Source: an uncultured delta proteobacterium
GTDB lineage: Bacteria > Myxococcota_A > Polyangia > Haliangiales > Haliangiaceae
Length of the DNA: 64,000 nt
NCBI GenBank assembly: GCA_963848295.1
Contig: CAWKDB010000010.1
Coordinates: 2,080,001 to 2,144,000 of the forward strand
Reading direction: 5' to 3'
In this document: piece by piece, positions 52,164-64,000 of the stretch
How positions within the stretch are numbered: position 1 is the stretch's first letter
Layout of the letters: each line of letters begins with the position of its first letter
The notes under the pieces: model-generated
Told to the model about the DNA's origin: nothing
Database searches by the model: none
Seen by the model: the letters and a program-made list of their open reading frames with translations, nothing else
Position numbers and translations under genes: made by a program

Positions 52164-52751
52164 CTAGAACTGCCCGGACAGCGACACCCCCGGCGCGAGG
52201 CTACCGTCGCGCGCGCGGATCGGCACGACCGATAGCTGCGCGGACACGCCGTGCTCGCGATTGTAGCGGTCGATCGCGCGCGGCGCGGTCGCGATCTCGT
52301 AGGTCGCTCCCGCGAGGTAGACGATGCCACCGGCGGCAAACGCGAGATACGGCAGTGGATCGGGACCGGCGTCGCCACCGCGGCGGTCGTACGCGAGAGC
52401 GAACGCGACGCCGGCGCCGGCGATGCCGAGGCCTGCGAGCCGGATCGCGGTGCCGCCGTTCCAGAACCGACCGGCATAGGCGCTGCCGAGCGACGGCCCG
52501 ACGAGCAACGCGGCGCTCCCGACCGCGATCAGCGGCGGCTGAAGCCATTGTTCGTTGGGATACGCCTGCGGCCGGATCCCGATGTCGGCGGCGACCAGCA
52601 CGAGACCGAGCCCACCCAGCGTCGTGCTGAGCGACATCCATAGCGCGGTCGAGCGATCCTTATGCGGCCCGCGCGCCGGGGTTTCACCCGGCGGCTCCGC
52701 GGCCGCGACCGTGGAACAAAGCATGGCGAGGGCGAGGATGAAGTTGCGCAT
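52164..52751 (-). CDS. Hypothetical membrane/exported protein
   Basis: Signal MRNFILALAMLCSTVAAA; Gly-rich hydrophobic helices; ends in VSLSGQF. Confidence 0.65.
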   Translation of the reverse strand: MRNFILALAMLCSTVAAAEPPGETPARGPHKDRSTALWMSLSTTLGGLGLVLVAADIGIRPQAYPNEQWLQPPLIAVGSAALLVGPSLGSAYAGRFWNGGTAIRLAGLGIAGAGVAFALAYDRRGGDAGPDPLPYLAFAAGGIVYLAGATYEIATAPRAIDRYNREHGVSAQLSVVPIRARDGSLAPGVSLSGQF

Positions 52752-52890
52752 GCCCGGCTGTTTCGCAACCGCTGCGCCAGTCGCCGATCGAGCGTAATCG
52801 AGCACTTGCCAGGCGCCCGCTCGCGCACGCTCCGGCCGCTCGCGACACATCTGTCGTGGCGACGCGAGTTGCTAGTTCGTTTGGGTCCTC

Positions 52891-53586
52891 TTACGAGACG
52901 ACGCCGTAGACGTTCTTCGCGTGGCGCTGGATCTCGATCGAGTCGCGGAGCTGCTCGAACAGCTGGCGCGAGGCCGGCATGCCGACGATCTCCATGTCGG
53001 GGTTCGTCGGGTCCTGCGCGACGACCTCGACGTGCGCGATCCCGAGGATGCGATCGACGAGGTTCTGCTTGTAGACGACGTCGCGGATTCGCCACAGCTG
53101 CAGCACGTCGATCCGCTTCGACAACAAGCCGCGCTCGAACTCGATCACCGTGGTCGTGACCCGGAACTTCATCGACTTGCGATAGAACGTGACCGCGAAG
53201 CCGAACACCGTGGCGACGGCCAGCGGGATGATGACGTTGAGGAACCGCGTCTTGACCCCAGCATCGGTGCCCGAGGCCATGTTGAGGATCGCGATGAGGA
53301 TCAGCGCGCCGACCCCGGCCATCAGATAGTGGCCGACGTAGGCCTTCCACGACGGGCTGCCCTCGTAGATCGTCTTGCGCTCGATGCCGTGCTCGTCGAC
53401 ATTAGGTCTGGCTTTCGCGAACGGCGCCTTGCCCGCTTGCTCGAGCTTCGGCGCGGGATCGGCGGGCGCGGGCTTGTCCGCCGCCGGAGCGGCCGCGGCC
53501 GGTGCGGCGCTCAGAAACGATCCGCAGAACCTGCACTTGATCGCCTCGTCCTGGATCTCCTCGGCGCAGAACGGACACTTCTTCAT
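52891..53586 (-). CDS. Zinc-ribbon plus bacterial PH-domain membrane protein
   Basis: [22 protein letters not shown]; two TM segments; ERGLLS...L.RI.DV..KQ....RILGI. Confidence 0.85.
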   Translation of the reverse strand: MKKCPFCAEEIQDEAIKCRFCGSFLSAAPAAAAPAADKPAPADPAPKLEQAGKAPFAKARPNVDEHGIERKTIYEGSPSWKAYVGHYLMAGVGALILIAILNMASGTDAGVKTRFLNVIIPLAVATVFGFAVTFYRKSMKFRVTTTVIEFERGLLSKRIDVLQLWRIRDVVYKQNLVDRILGIAHVEVVAQDPTNPDMEIVGMPASRQLFEQLRDSIEIQRHAKNVYGVVS

Positions 53587-53588
53587 CG

Positions 53589-54680
53589 CTACATCCGATA
53601 GCCGAGGCCGAGCATCAAGTCGAAGCGCGTGATCGACGAGATGTCGCTGCTCAGGCCGGCCTTCGCCGGGCTGTACGAAAATGCGATCGGAGCCACGGTG
53701 ACGATCAGGTTCGACGTGATCTCGTAGTCCGCCGAGAGGCCGGCGCGAACCGCGAACATCGCGAGCGCACCGGTCGTGCCCGCTTCATCCATCGTGAACG
53801 GGTTACCCGCGTTGATGCCGTTGAACAGCAGCACGCCGACGCCGAGGTCGGCGCGAATGCCGATCTTCGGAGCCACGGTGTAGGTCCCGGCGACGTCGGC
53901 GAGCGCTTCGACGAACGACGCGTTGTCCTTGCCGCCGCTGACCGCGTTGTCGTAGGGCACCGGCGTGAACGTGAACGCGGCGCCGACATCGAGTCGGAGC
54001 TTGTCGTTGATCGTGATCGGGTAGCCGGCGATCACGGTCGCGGTAGCCTGCAGCGGCACGGTCGGGCCGCCGAGGCCGACCTTCGAGATGCCGCCGAGCA
54101 CGCGCGCGGACAGCAGCTTCGGTGGGCCACCGACGGTCGTGCCCTTGCGAATGCCGCCATCCTCGCCGTTGTCGTCGCCGCTGCCATCGCCGGCGGCGGC
54201 GACGCGCTTCGTGCCGTCCGGCTTCGTACCGTTGTTCGCGTTGGTGTCGTCCTTGTGATCGTCACCCTCGGGCTTCGCGGTCGTATCGGGCGGACGACTC
54301 TTCATGTCGTCCTGCTTCTTCACGCAGTCCTCGAGACCGGTGATCAGCTGCTCGATCTCGGTGCGCTTCTCCGGCTTGAGCGGCTTGATGGTGTCGGTGT
54401 CCTTGAGCGCGAGAAAGCGCTTGTAGAAGAACACCGCGTCTCGGCACTTGTTGCCCTGGCGATACGCCTGGGCGACGTTGTAGAGATACGCCGGCTTCTT
54501 CGCCTCGACGGTCTCGAGCTCGAAGCCCTTCTTGAACGCATCGGCGGCTTGGTCGAAGTCGCCGAGGTTGTACTGATTCTCGCCTTCCTTGTACCAGTCG
54601 TCGGCGGTCTTCGGCTCCGCGAGCGCGAGCATCGGCAACGCGACCAACGCCACGCACACCCAGGTCTTGATTCGTTTCAT
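53589..54680 (-). CDS. TPR-containing exported protein with probable C-terminal beta-barrel
   Basis: Signal peptide; [24 protein letters not shown]-terminal LGLGYRM. Confidence 0.8.
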   Translation of the reverse strand: MKRIKTWVCVALVALPMLALAEPKTADDWYKEGENQYNLGDFDQAADAFKKGFELETVEAKKPAYLYNVAQAYRQGNKCRDAVFFYKRFLALKDTDTIKPLKPEKRTEIEQLITGLEDCVKKQDDMKSRPPDTTAKPEGDDHKDDTNANNGTKPDGTKRVAAAGDGSGDDNGEDGGIRKGTTVGGPPKLLSARVLGGISKVGLGGPTVPLQATATVIAGYPITINDKLRLDVGAAFTFTPVPYDNAVSGGKDNASFVEALADVAGTYTVAPKIGIRADLGVGVLLFNGINAGNPFTMDEAGTTGALAMFAVRAGLSADYEITSNLIVTVAPIAFSYSPAKAGLSSDISSITRFDLMLGLGYRM

Positions 54681-54703
54681 CCAACGCTCCAGGTAACGAG
54701 TCT

Positions 54704-56525
<1,822 letters not shown>

Positions 56526-56582
56526 AGTAGCTCACAAAGGTCCGAAAAGTCGCGGTTGGCGGCCCCTGCTGTCACGATGTTC

Positions 56583-57452
56583 ATGATGCGCGAGCTCCGG
56601 CGGTTTGCCAGTGTCCGTAGCCTTGCTTCGTTCGCCCTGTTGGTAGTCATTGGTGTGCTCGCCGGCCCGACGTGGGCGGATGGCCTACCCCACGTGAAGT
56701 CGAAGTCGGCCGTCGTGATCGACGCCGAGACCGGCGAAGAGATCTTCGGCAAGAACGCCGATTCGATCCGGGCGATCGCGTCGACCACGAAGATCTTCGT
56801 GGCGATGGCGGTGCGCGAGAAGGGCCTGGATCTCGATGGTTGGACCGAGATCACCAAGGGCGACGCGTACGACGCCCGCGGCGGCTCGAGGACCCGGCTC
56901 GAGGTCGGTGCGAGGTTTCGCAATCGCGACTTGCTGCGCGCCATGCTCGTAGCATCAGACAACCGTGCCCCGACCGCGCTTGGCCGCGCCGCGGGCATGA
57001 ATCCGGACCAGCTCGTGGCGGCGATGAATCACATCGCGCGCGATCTCGAGCTCCATCACACCAAGTTCACCGATCCGACCGGGCTGCGCGGCAACGTGTC
57101 GACCGCGCGCGAGATGGCGATCGCGCTGCGCGCCGCTCTCGACGACGACGTGTTGCGCGCCATCATGGGCGACGACAGCGACACCGTGATCGGCCAAGGC
57201 GGCCGCCCTAGGATCGAGTACGCGACGACGAATCGCCCACTCGCGGAGCGGCAATGGGACGTGATCGGCGGCAAGACCGGCTACACCGAAGCGGCGGGCT
57301 ACTGCTACATCACCGCCGCGATCATCGCGCACCGCCAGGTCGTGATGGCGTTCTACGGCGCCGACGGCAAGCAGACGCGATTCGCCGACTTCGATCGCGT
57401 CGCGGCCTGGCTCGAAGGCACCGCGCCCCACGACGACGCCGCCGCGAAGTAG
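56583..57452 (+). CDS. Peptidase S11 D-alanyl-D-alanine carboxy/endopeptidase (PbpG-like)
   Basis: ASTTK (SxxK), SDN (SxN), KTG; start approximate. Confidence 0.88.
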   Translation: MMRELRRFASVRSLASFALLVVIGVLAGPTWADGLPHVKSKSAVVIDAETGEEIFGKNADSIRAIASTTKIFVAMAVREKGLDLDGWTEITKGDAYDARGGSRTRLEVGARFRNRDLLRAMLVASDNRAPTALGRAAGMNPDQLVAAMNHIARDLELHHTKFTDPTGLRGNVSTAREMAIALRAALDDDVLRAIMGDDSDTVIGQGGRPRIEYATTNRPLAERQWDVIGGKTGYTEAAGYCYITAAIIAHRQVVMAFYGADGKQTRFADFDRVAAWLEGTAPHDDAAAK

Positions 57453-57461
57453 ACTGCGAGC

Positions 57462-58946
57462 GTGACGTGGAACCGGCGCGAGGTGCTCGGCAGTCTCGGC
57501 CTCGCCTCGGCGCACGCGTTGCTGTTCGGGTTCGGCTGCGGGGCGAAGGCTAACTACGAACACCAGACCGCGCACGATCCGGTCGACGAGCTGCGCGGTT
57601 GGCTGCGGCGCGCGGTCGAGATGCTCGCGCACGAGTTTCCGAGCGCGCACGCCCTCGCGGTGATGCGGCGCCGCACGACCGCAGCGCGCGACGTGCTCGG
57701 CGGAGCGGTCGCTCGCGCCTACTGCGAAGGCGTCGTGTTGACCGTGCGCGATCGCAGCGGCCGGCGCCGCGAACAGGTGACGAGTGATCTGACGCGCGAC
57801 GGCGTCGCGACCGCAGCCGCGGTGCTCGGCGGTGGCGACGGCCGCCTCCGGCCGCCGCCGATCGACTTTGGCGTCCCCCAGCGGCTCTCGCCGCTCGTCC
57901 ACGATCCGCGCGCGCTCGGCGATGCCGAGCTGCTCGCGCGCGTCGACGCGTTGGTCGAGCTCGAGCGCGAACGCTCGAGTCGCATTGTCTACGCAGCGAC
58001 CTCGCTCGACATCGACGACGCGCACGTGTGGTCGATCATGCCGGGCCACGACCGCGAGCAGCGAATCGTCCGCATTCGCGAGGCGGCGGTGCGCGTCGCG
58101 TGGAATGGGACGCGGCCGATCGTGAGCGAAGTCTCTCGCTCGTGGGCCGGCGGTGAGCTCGATCACGCGCTCGATGCCGCCGACCTGGCGACCGCGTCTC
58201 GCGGAGCCCTCGAGCTCGCGACGCCGGCGAGCTTCGCCGACGGCGATCACGGCGTCGTGCTCGAGCCCTCGGTCGCCGCGCAATTGATCGACGCCGCCGT
58301 GCGTGCCCTGCTGACGACGACCGCGGTGCGTCGGCCCGAGGTCGCGCGCCGGCTCGCGCTCGGTGCGAGCGTCGCGTCGGAGCTCGTCACCGTCACCGAC
58401 GATCCGCTGGTACCCGGCGCGTACGGCGGGTTCGCGTTCGACGACGAAGGCACGCCTGCCGCCGCGGTGACGCTGCTCGACCGCGGTCGCGTCGTCGGCA
58501 GGCTCGCCGATGCCGCCGGCGTCGCGGCGGGCCTCGCGACCGTCGCGGGACGCGGGCAGCGACCCGGACATGTCGCGGCGGTCGAGGCCGAGCCCTCGCA
58601 TATCCGCGTCGCCGCGGGCTCGACCGATCGCGATGCGCTGCTCGACGACGGCTTCATCCTCGAAGGCGGCGTGCACGCGAGCGTCGATCCGGCGAGCGAT
58701 CACGTGCTCGTCGCCGTCCAACGCGCGCGCGAGGTGCGAGGCGGCCAGACGACCGGCCGGCTGTTCGCGGACATCGAGCTGTCGGGCGAGCTCGGCGGGC
58801 TGCTCGCCGCGATCACCGCGGTCGGCAACGACGTCACGAGCCTCGGCATTCGCGACGAACGCGGTGGTCAGCCTCGGTGGCGATCGATCGAGACCCCGTC
58901 GCTGCGTTCGCGCGCGGCCTTGCGCGCGATGCGGAGACCGACGTGA
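57462..58946 (+). CDS. TldD/PmbA-family protein with Tat-like signal, lacking HExxxH
   Basis: NRREVL N-terminus; VVLEP, VTDDP, FDDEGTPA; the expected metal-site position reads QLIDAAV. Confidence 0.78.
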   Translation: MTWNRREVLGSLGLASAHALLFGFGCGAKANYEHQTAHDPVDELRGWLRRAVEMLAHEFPSAHALAVMRRRTTAARDVLGGAVARAYCEGVVLTVRDRSGRRREQVTSDLTRDGVATAAAVLGGGDGRLRPPPIDFGVPQRLSPLVHDPRALGDAELLARVDALVELERERSSRIVYAATSLDIDDAHVWSIMPGHDREQRIVRIREAAVRVAWNGTRPIVSEVSRSWAGGELDHALDAADLATASRGALELATPASFADGDHGVVLEPSVAAQLIDAAVRALLTTTAVRRPEVARRLALGASVASELVTVTDDPLVPGAYGGFAFDDEGTPAAAVTLLDRGRVVGRLADAAGVAAGLATVAGRGQRPGHVAAVEAEPSHIRVAAGSTDRDALLDDGFILEGGVHASVDPASDHVLVAVQRAREVRGGQTTGRLFADIELSGELGGLLAAITAVGNDVTSLGIRDERGGQPRWRSIETPSLRSRAALRAMRRPT

Positions 58947-60211
58947 TCGATCGCCGCGGGTTGTTGCGCGCGCTCGGCGAACGGCCGCTCGCCGACTGGG
59001 TGTTGATCGAGCACGACGAACAGCTCGCCGCCGTCGACGAAGCGGTGCCGAGCAGCGAACGCGGCGAGCAGCGCCAGCGCTGGGACCTCACCGTCCACGT
59101 CGATGCGGCACGCGGTCGCGGCAGTGCGCGGGTCGAGCTGCAGACCGGCAGCGGGTTTCCCGACGACATCGTCGATCAAGCGATCGCGGTCGCGAACGCG
59201 TCGGTCGGCCCCGCGTGGTCGACGTCGCCGCCGGCCGCTCCGGCCAAGGTCGCGCTGCTCGATCCCGCGCTGGCCCGCGCCGAGCTCGGCGACATCGCGA
59301 GGCGGATGCTGCGCGATCTCGAGCGCCCGCCGGGCGCCGCCGTCGTCGCGGCAGCGACCGTGTCGCGCGAGCACGTGCTCGTGAACACGAAGCAGGGCGC
59401 ACGCGCGCAATGGGTCGCGAGCCTCGCGCATGCCGACGCGATGATCGCGGTCGCCGATCGCAGCCTCGAAGTCTCGCGCGACGCGCGCCGGATCGGCGAT
59501 CTCGGGTTCGGGCCAGCGCTCGCGGCAGCCGCCGCGGACCTCGCACGCTATCCAGCGGCCGGCGCGGTCACGCCGGGTCCGTGCACGCTCGTGCTCACCG
59601 CCGATGCGATGCTCCACGGTGGGCTCGGCGTCTGGCAGGTGTTCGCGGATCAAGCCGACGCGGTCGTCGCGCGCCAAGGCCTGACTCGATATCGGCTCGG
59701 CACCCCGATCACCGAGGGTGCTCGGGCGACCGTCGATCCCTTGACGGTCGTCAGCGACGGCGCGCTCGACTATGCGGTGGACTCTGCCCCGATCGGCGAC
59801 GATGGCGATGCGATCCGGCGGTTCACGCTGATCGATCGCGGCATCGCGGTCGGCTTGGGCCTGTCGCCGCGCGAGGCCGCGCTGCGCGGCGAAGATCCGA
59901 ACGGCGGCGTGCGCAACCTCGTGGTCTCCGCCGGAACCTGGCAGGACACGCCCGGTTCGCTGCCGGGCCGCGTCGTCGAGATACGCCGGCTGCGCGGCCT
60001 CGCGATCGATCCGTACACCGGCGACGCGACGCTCGAGGTCGGGCTCGGGCTCGAGCTCGCCGCCGGCGCCAGGCCGTTCACCGGTGGGTCGATTCGCCTC
60101 GATCTCGTCGCCTCGCTCGCCCGCGCCCGGCGCAGCGCACAGATCATTCGCCGTGGGGCATATCAGGGCCCTCGCACGATCGTGGTCGACGGGGCGACGC
60201 TGCTGCCGTAG
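58943..60211 (+). CDS. TldE/PmbA-like protein
   Basis: LTVVSDG, DDGDA.RRFTLIDRG, NLVVSAG; GTGA coupling. Confidence 0.72.
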   Translation: MIDRRGLLRALGERPLADWVLIEHDEQLAAVDEAVPSSERGEQRQRWDLTVHVDAARGRGSARVELQTGSGFPDDIVDQAIAVANASVGPAWSTSPPAAPAKVALLDPALARAELGDIARRMLRDLERPPGAAVVAAATVSREHVLVNTKQGARAQWVASLAHADAMIAVADRSLEVSRDARRIGDLGFGPALAAAAADLARYPAAGAVTPGPCTLVLTADAMLHGGLGVWQVFADQADAVVARQGLTRYRLGTPITEGARATVDPLTVVSDGALDYAVDSAPIGDDGDAIRRFTLIDRGIAVGLGLSPREAALRGEDPNGGVRNLVVSAGTWQDTPGSLPGRVVEIRRLRGLAIDPYTGDATLEVGLGLELAAGARPFTGGSIRLDLVASLARARRSAQIIRRGAYQGPRTIVVDGATLLP

Positions 60212-60296
60212 TGATGCGCACCGTCGGTATCGCGGTGAAATGCGAAGATAGGGGCTCGGGTTTTGCTCGGACCCCCAGGCGCGCTACAGCGTGGGG

Positions 60297-62189
60297 ATGC
60301 GTGGAGAGACGATCGCGTTCGCGCTCGCCGGGTGGGGCTCGGTCGTCGCGTGCTCGATGACCCCACCCGAGAGTGCCGCGAGCTCCGACTCGATCGCGGA
60401 CCCGGTGCCGACCGGCGAGGCGACGATCGCGCACTATCCGAATGCCGAGGTGTGCAACGGCGGCACGTACCGCTGCTTCGCGCGGGTCCGGACGTTAGCG
60501 ACCGGTGAGCGCGACGCGGCCGCGGCGCCGCAAGGCTGGGGCCCGCCGGATCTCGTCAAGGCGTACAACTACGACCCGTCGGCGACGCCGGGCGCGACGG
60601 TCGCGATCATCGGCGCGTACGGTTACCCGAACCTCGAATCCGATCTCGCGACGTATCGCAGCACCTTCGGGCTGTCGCCATGCACGATCGCGAGCGGTTG
60701 CTTGACCGTGGTCAATCAGGAAGGCCAGACGACACCGCTGCCCGGCGCGGCGCCGCAGGACGACGACTGGACGCAAGAGACCGCGCTCGACGTCGACATG
60801 ACGAGCGCCGCGTGCCCGAACTGCAAGATCCTCGTCGTCCAGGCCGACGACGATCGCGGCGACGGCCTGTTCGTCGCGAACGACACCGCGGCGACGTTCG
60901 ATCCGACCGTGATCAGCAACAGCTGGGGCGGCCCGGAACAGGGCGCACAGCAGGTCGCGAGCCTCGAGCCGTACTTCGCCCACCCCGGGATCGCGATCTT
61001 CGTGGCCTCGGGTGACGTCGGTTACGACGACGGGAACCGCGGCGCCGATTACCCGGCGTCGTCGCAGTACACGTTCGCGGTCGGCGGTACGACGCTGCAA
61101 ACCGCGCAGTCGCCGCGCGGGTTCACCGAGACGGCCTGGCGCGGCGGCGGCAGCTCGTGCAGCGACTCGGTCGCGAAGCCGGCGTGGCAGACCTCGACCG
61201 CGTGCGGCAAGCGGATGAGCGTCGACGTGTCCGCGGTCGCCGATCCCGATACCGGCGTCGCGGTCTATAACGCCGACGGTGGCGGTTGGACGGTGACCGG
61301 TGGCACGAGCGCCGCGAGCCCGCTCGTCGCGTCGCTGTTCGCGCTGACCAACCACGGCGGCGAGATCGCGAAGTTCGCGTACGACAACGCGAGCAGCTTC
61401 TTCGACTCCGTCGGCGGCACGAACGGCACCTGCGGCAACATCTTGTGCACCGCGGGCGTCGGCTGGGACGGCCCGACCGGCAACGGCTCGCCGAACGGCG
61501 CGATGCTCGCCGGTGCGCTGGCCCCGACGCTCGCGATCAGCTCGCCGTTCGACGGCCAGTCGGTGCCGCCCGGGTTCACCGTCGCGACGACGTGCACGCC
61601 GAACGACAGCGCGATGGTCGCGGAGGTCGATATCACGATCGATAGCGAGCCGCTCGGCAAGCTCACGGCCGGGCCGTACAACCTCGTCGCGCCGAGCACG
61701 TTCGCGAGCGGCAAGCACTCGATCGTCGTGACCTGTACGACGAGCACGATCGCGCAGGTCACGACGCGGCTGACCGTCACGCAGACCGAGGCCTGCGCCG
61801 CCGACACCGATTGCTCGAACACCGGCGACGTGTGCTACCTCGGCGCGTGCATCGCCGGCGGCGCGATCGGCAACGGCCTCGGCACGACCTGCTCCGCCGA
61901 CAGCGATTGCGCATCGGGCGTGTGCACCGCCGACGGCTCGGCGTCGGAGTGCTCGGTCGCATGCGATACCGCGAACGACATGTGCCCGGCCGGCTTCCAG
62001 TGCGAGGCCGAAACCTCGGGCGGCCAGTGCCTCGCCAACGGCGAGACCGGCGGCGGTGGAGGCGGCGGCTGCGATGCGGGTCGCGGCGGAGCCTCCGCGT
62101 TACTCGGGCTCGGGGTCGCGCTGCTCGCGCTGCGCCCGCGCCGGCGCTCGCGGTATATGTTCGGCCCATGCGGATCTCGCTCGCGCTGA
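60297..62189 (+). CDS. S53/S8-family serine peptidase with Ig-like domain, Cys-rich repeats and MYXO-CTERM tail
   Basis: ETALD, SNSWGG, ASGD, GGTSAASP, WDGPTGNG; tail GGGGGGCDAG...LLALRPRRR. Confidence 0.88.
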   Translation: MRGETIAFALAGWGSVVACSMTPPESAASSDSIADPVPTGEATIAHYPNAEVCNGGTYRCFARVRTLATGERDAAAAPQGWGPPDLVKAYNYDPSATPGATVAIIGAYGYPNLESDLATYRSTFGLSPCTIASGCLTVVNQEGQTTPLPGAAPQDDDWTQETALDVDMTSAACPNCKILVVQADDDRGDGLFVANDTAATFDPTVISNSWGGPEQGAQQVASLEPYFAHPGIAIFVASGDVGYDDGNRGADYPASSQYTFAVGGTTLQTAQSPRGFTETAWRGGGSSCSDSVAKPAWQTSTACGKRMSVDVSAVADPDTGVAVYNADGGGWTVTGGTSAASPLVASLFALTNHGGEIAKFAYDNASSFFDSVGGTNGTCGNILCTAGVGWDGPTGNGSPNGAMLAGALAPTLAISSPFDGQSVPPGFTVATTCTPNDSAMVAEVDITIDSEPLGKLTAGPYNLVAPSTFASGKHSIVVTCTTSTIAQVTTRLTVTQTEACAADTDCSNTGDVCYLGACIAGGAIGNGLGTTCSADSDCASGVCTADGSASECSVACDTANDMCPAGFQCEAETSGGQCLANGETGGGGGGGCDAGRGGASALLGLGVALLALRPRRRSRYMFGPCGSRSR

Positions 62190-62881
62190 TCATCGTCGCT
62201 GCGATCACGACGTCTGCCCGCGCCGACGTCGATCCGCGGTCGAAGTGGATCCAGCTCGACAACAAGGCGCTCGGCGTGCGCGCGCGTCATCCCAAGACCG
62301 CGAAGATCGCGATCCACGGCTCGGAGCTGGCGATCTCCGGCGCCGGCTTTCCGACCGTGACGATCGCGGTGACGACGACCGGCGGTCGCACCACGAGCAA
62401 GAGCGGCGGCGTCGAGGAGCTCCACGTCAACTGGACGATCACGTCGCCGAAGCACTCCGCGACCTGCACCGCGACCGCCGAGGACGACGATCAGGCGACG
62501 ATCGCCTCGCAGATCTGCGATTCGATCGAGCTCGCCGCCGCGCCGCGAGCGCCGCACGTCGACCTCACGGTGGCATCGACCGGCCTCGCCGATGCCGCGG
62601 CGTACGAGACCGCCGTGCGCGCGACGACGCGGCGGCTCGACGCCTGCTGGAAGACCGCGCTCGCGAAAGACAAGGACCTGCCGGAAGGCGAGGTCGAGGT
62701 CCGGCGCACGTACGACCACGGTCAGCCGGCGGACACCGTCGAGAACCACTACAACTTCTTCGACCACGACGTGAAGCAGCTCGGCACGTGCATGGCGACG
62801 TTGCTCAAGGCGGTGCCGGTGAAGACCGCGAGTGACGATGCAGCGACGATCAAGATCAACGTGATCTGCCAGATCTATTGA
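62168..62881 (+). CDS. Secreted hypothetical protein
   Basis: Signal [20 protein letters not shown]-terminal [15 protein letters not shown] resembles the AgmX/PglI C-terminal domain. Confidence 0.65.
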   Translation: MRISLALIIVAAITTSARADVDPRSKWIQLDNKALGVRARHPKTAKIAIHGSELAISGAGFPTVTIAVTTTGGRTTSKSGGVEELHVNWTITSPKHSATCTATAEDDDQATIASQICDSIELAAAPRAPHVDLTVASTGLADAAAYETAVRATTRRLDACWKTALAKDKDLPEGEVEVRRTYDHGQPADTVENHYNFFDHDVKQLGTCMATLLKAVPVKTASDDAATIKINVICQIY

Positions 62882-62970
62882 CACGTCGGCTCGTCGCCCT
62901 GCCCGATCTTCCAGGCGAACAACGCGCGCGCGGCTTTGCTTTGCGTGTCGCGGCATAGGACAAGTGTTCG

Positions 62971-63906
62971 GTGTCCGACGCTGCGCCGATCATCACCATC
63001 TCGGGGGTCCGCAAGACGTACGCGAGCGGGCTGACGGCGCTGTCCTCGATCGATCTGACGATCCGCCGCGGCGAGATCTTCGCGTTGCTCGGGCCGAACG
63101 GCGCCGGCAAGACGACGTTGATCAGCATCATCTGCGGCATCGTCAACGCGAGCGGCGGCACGGTGATCGCCGACGGCCACGACATCGTCCGCGACTTTCG
63201 CGCGGCGCGCTCGAAGATCGGGCTCGTGCCGCAGGAGCTGTCGACCGACGCGTTCGAGACCGTGTGGGCGACGGTCACGTTCAGCCGCGGGTTGTTCGGC
63301 AAGCCGAAGAACCCCGCGCACGTCGAGAAGGTCCTGCGCTCGCTGTCGCTGTGGGACAAGAAGGACTCGAAGATCATGACGCTGTCGGGCGGCATGAAGC
63401 GGCGGGTGTTGATCGCGAAGGCGTTGGCGCACGAGCCGACGATCCTGTTTCTCGACGAACCGACCGCCGGCGTCGACGTCGAGCTCCGCCACGACATGTG
63501 GCAACAGGTCCGCGAGCTGCGCGAGAGCGGGGTCACGATCATCCTGACGACCCACTACATCCAGGAAGCACAGGAGATGGCGGATCGGATCGGCGTCATC
63601 AACAAGGGCGAGCTGATCGTCGTCGAAGACAAAGACGTGCTGATCCGCCGACTCGGCAAGCGCCAGCTGACGTTGCAGCTCCAGCAGTCGCTCGACAAGC
63701 TGCCCGAAGCGCTCGCGACGCTGCCGCTCGAGCTGTCCGCGGACGGCACGACGCTGAGCTACACGTTCGACGTCCAGAGCAAGCACACCGGGATCGCCGC
63801 GCTGTTGAAGCAACTCGGCGAGCTCGGGATCGCGTTCGAAGACCTCCACTCCAAGGAGAGCTCGCTCGAAGACATCTTCGTCGGCCTCGTCAAGGGGACG
63901 CGATGA
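62971..63906 (+). CDS. ABC-2 transporter ATP-binding protein (YadG-like)
   Basis: [31 protein letters not shown]. Confidence 0.93.
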   Translation: MSDAAPIITISGVRKTYASGLTALSSIDLTIRRGEIFALLGPNGAGKTTLISIICGIVNASGGTVIADGHDIVRDFRAARSKIGLVPQELSTDAFETVWATVTFSRGLFGKPKNPAHVEKVLRSLSLWDKKDSKIMTLSGGMKRRVLIAKALAHEPTILFLDEPTAGVDVELRHDMWQQVRELRESGVTIILTTHYIQEAQEMADRIGVINKGELIVVEDKDVLIRRLGKRQLTLQLQQSLDKLPEALATLPLELSADGTTLSYTFDVQSKHTGIAALLKQLGELGIAFEDLHSKESSLEDIFVGLVKGTR

Positions 63907-64000
63907 ACCTCCACGCGATCCGCGCGATCTATCGGTTCGAGATGGCACGCACGTTCCGCACGCCGGTGCAGAGCATCTTGTCGCCGGTGATCTCTACCTC
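63903..64000 (+). CDS. ABC-2 permease (YadH-like), truncated by window end
   Basis: [36 protein letters not shown] coupling. Confidence 0.85.
   Translation, partial: MNLHAIRAIYRFEMARTFRTPVQSILSPVIST

Noticed and set aside
60232..60250. GCGGTGAAATGCGAAGATA resembles a conserved 16S rRNA segment
   Set aside because: Only about 19 nt match and the flanks show no rRNA similarity; treated as chance.

Overview
Very GC-rich, gene-dense bacterial DNA, most likely from a myxobacterium (Myxococcota). Evidence for this: an AgmX/PglI-type C-terminal domain, a MYXO-CTERM tail, an FHA-histidine kinase and PEGA/Pro-rich Ser/Thr kinases. Housekeeping and accessory genes include sbcCD, an ECF41 sigma factor, NAT, pdxH, sixA, moaB, leuS, adk, a LeuD-LeuC-type fusion, an acyl-CoA dehydrogenase/APH operon, two TldD/TldE pairs and ABC transporters. 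No rRNA, tRNA or CRISPR array was found. The most notable observations: (1) a 57-bp two-hairpin element with compensatory base changes, inserted in frame in three unrelated genes (four tandem copies in one of them), plus a degenerate intergenic copy; (2) a PP2C-kinase-nicotinamidase-vWA operon, a TerY-P-like triad plus an NAD-salvage-type enzyme, whose near-consensus and probably leaderless promoter is overlapped by tandem GTGT-N7-ACAC (NrtR-type) boxes; (3) a 90-bp repeat-spacer-repeat element present twice in inverted orientation around pdxH-sixA; (4) an internally deleted group II intron starting immediately after a 71-nt hairpin; (5) a shared CGRxxF motif after the lipobox of three unrelated lipoproteins. 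Four apparent frameshifts in otherwise intact genes suggest indel errors in the assembly. All product calls come from reading motifs by eye; no database search was run.
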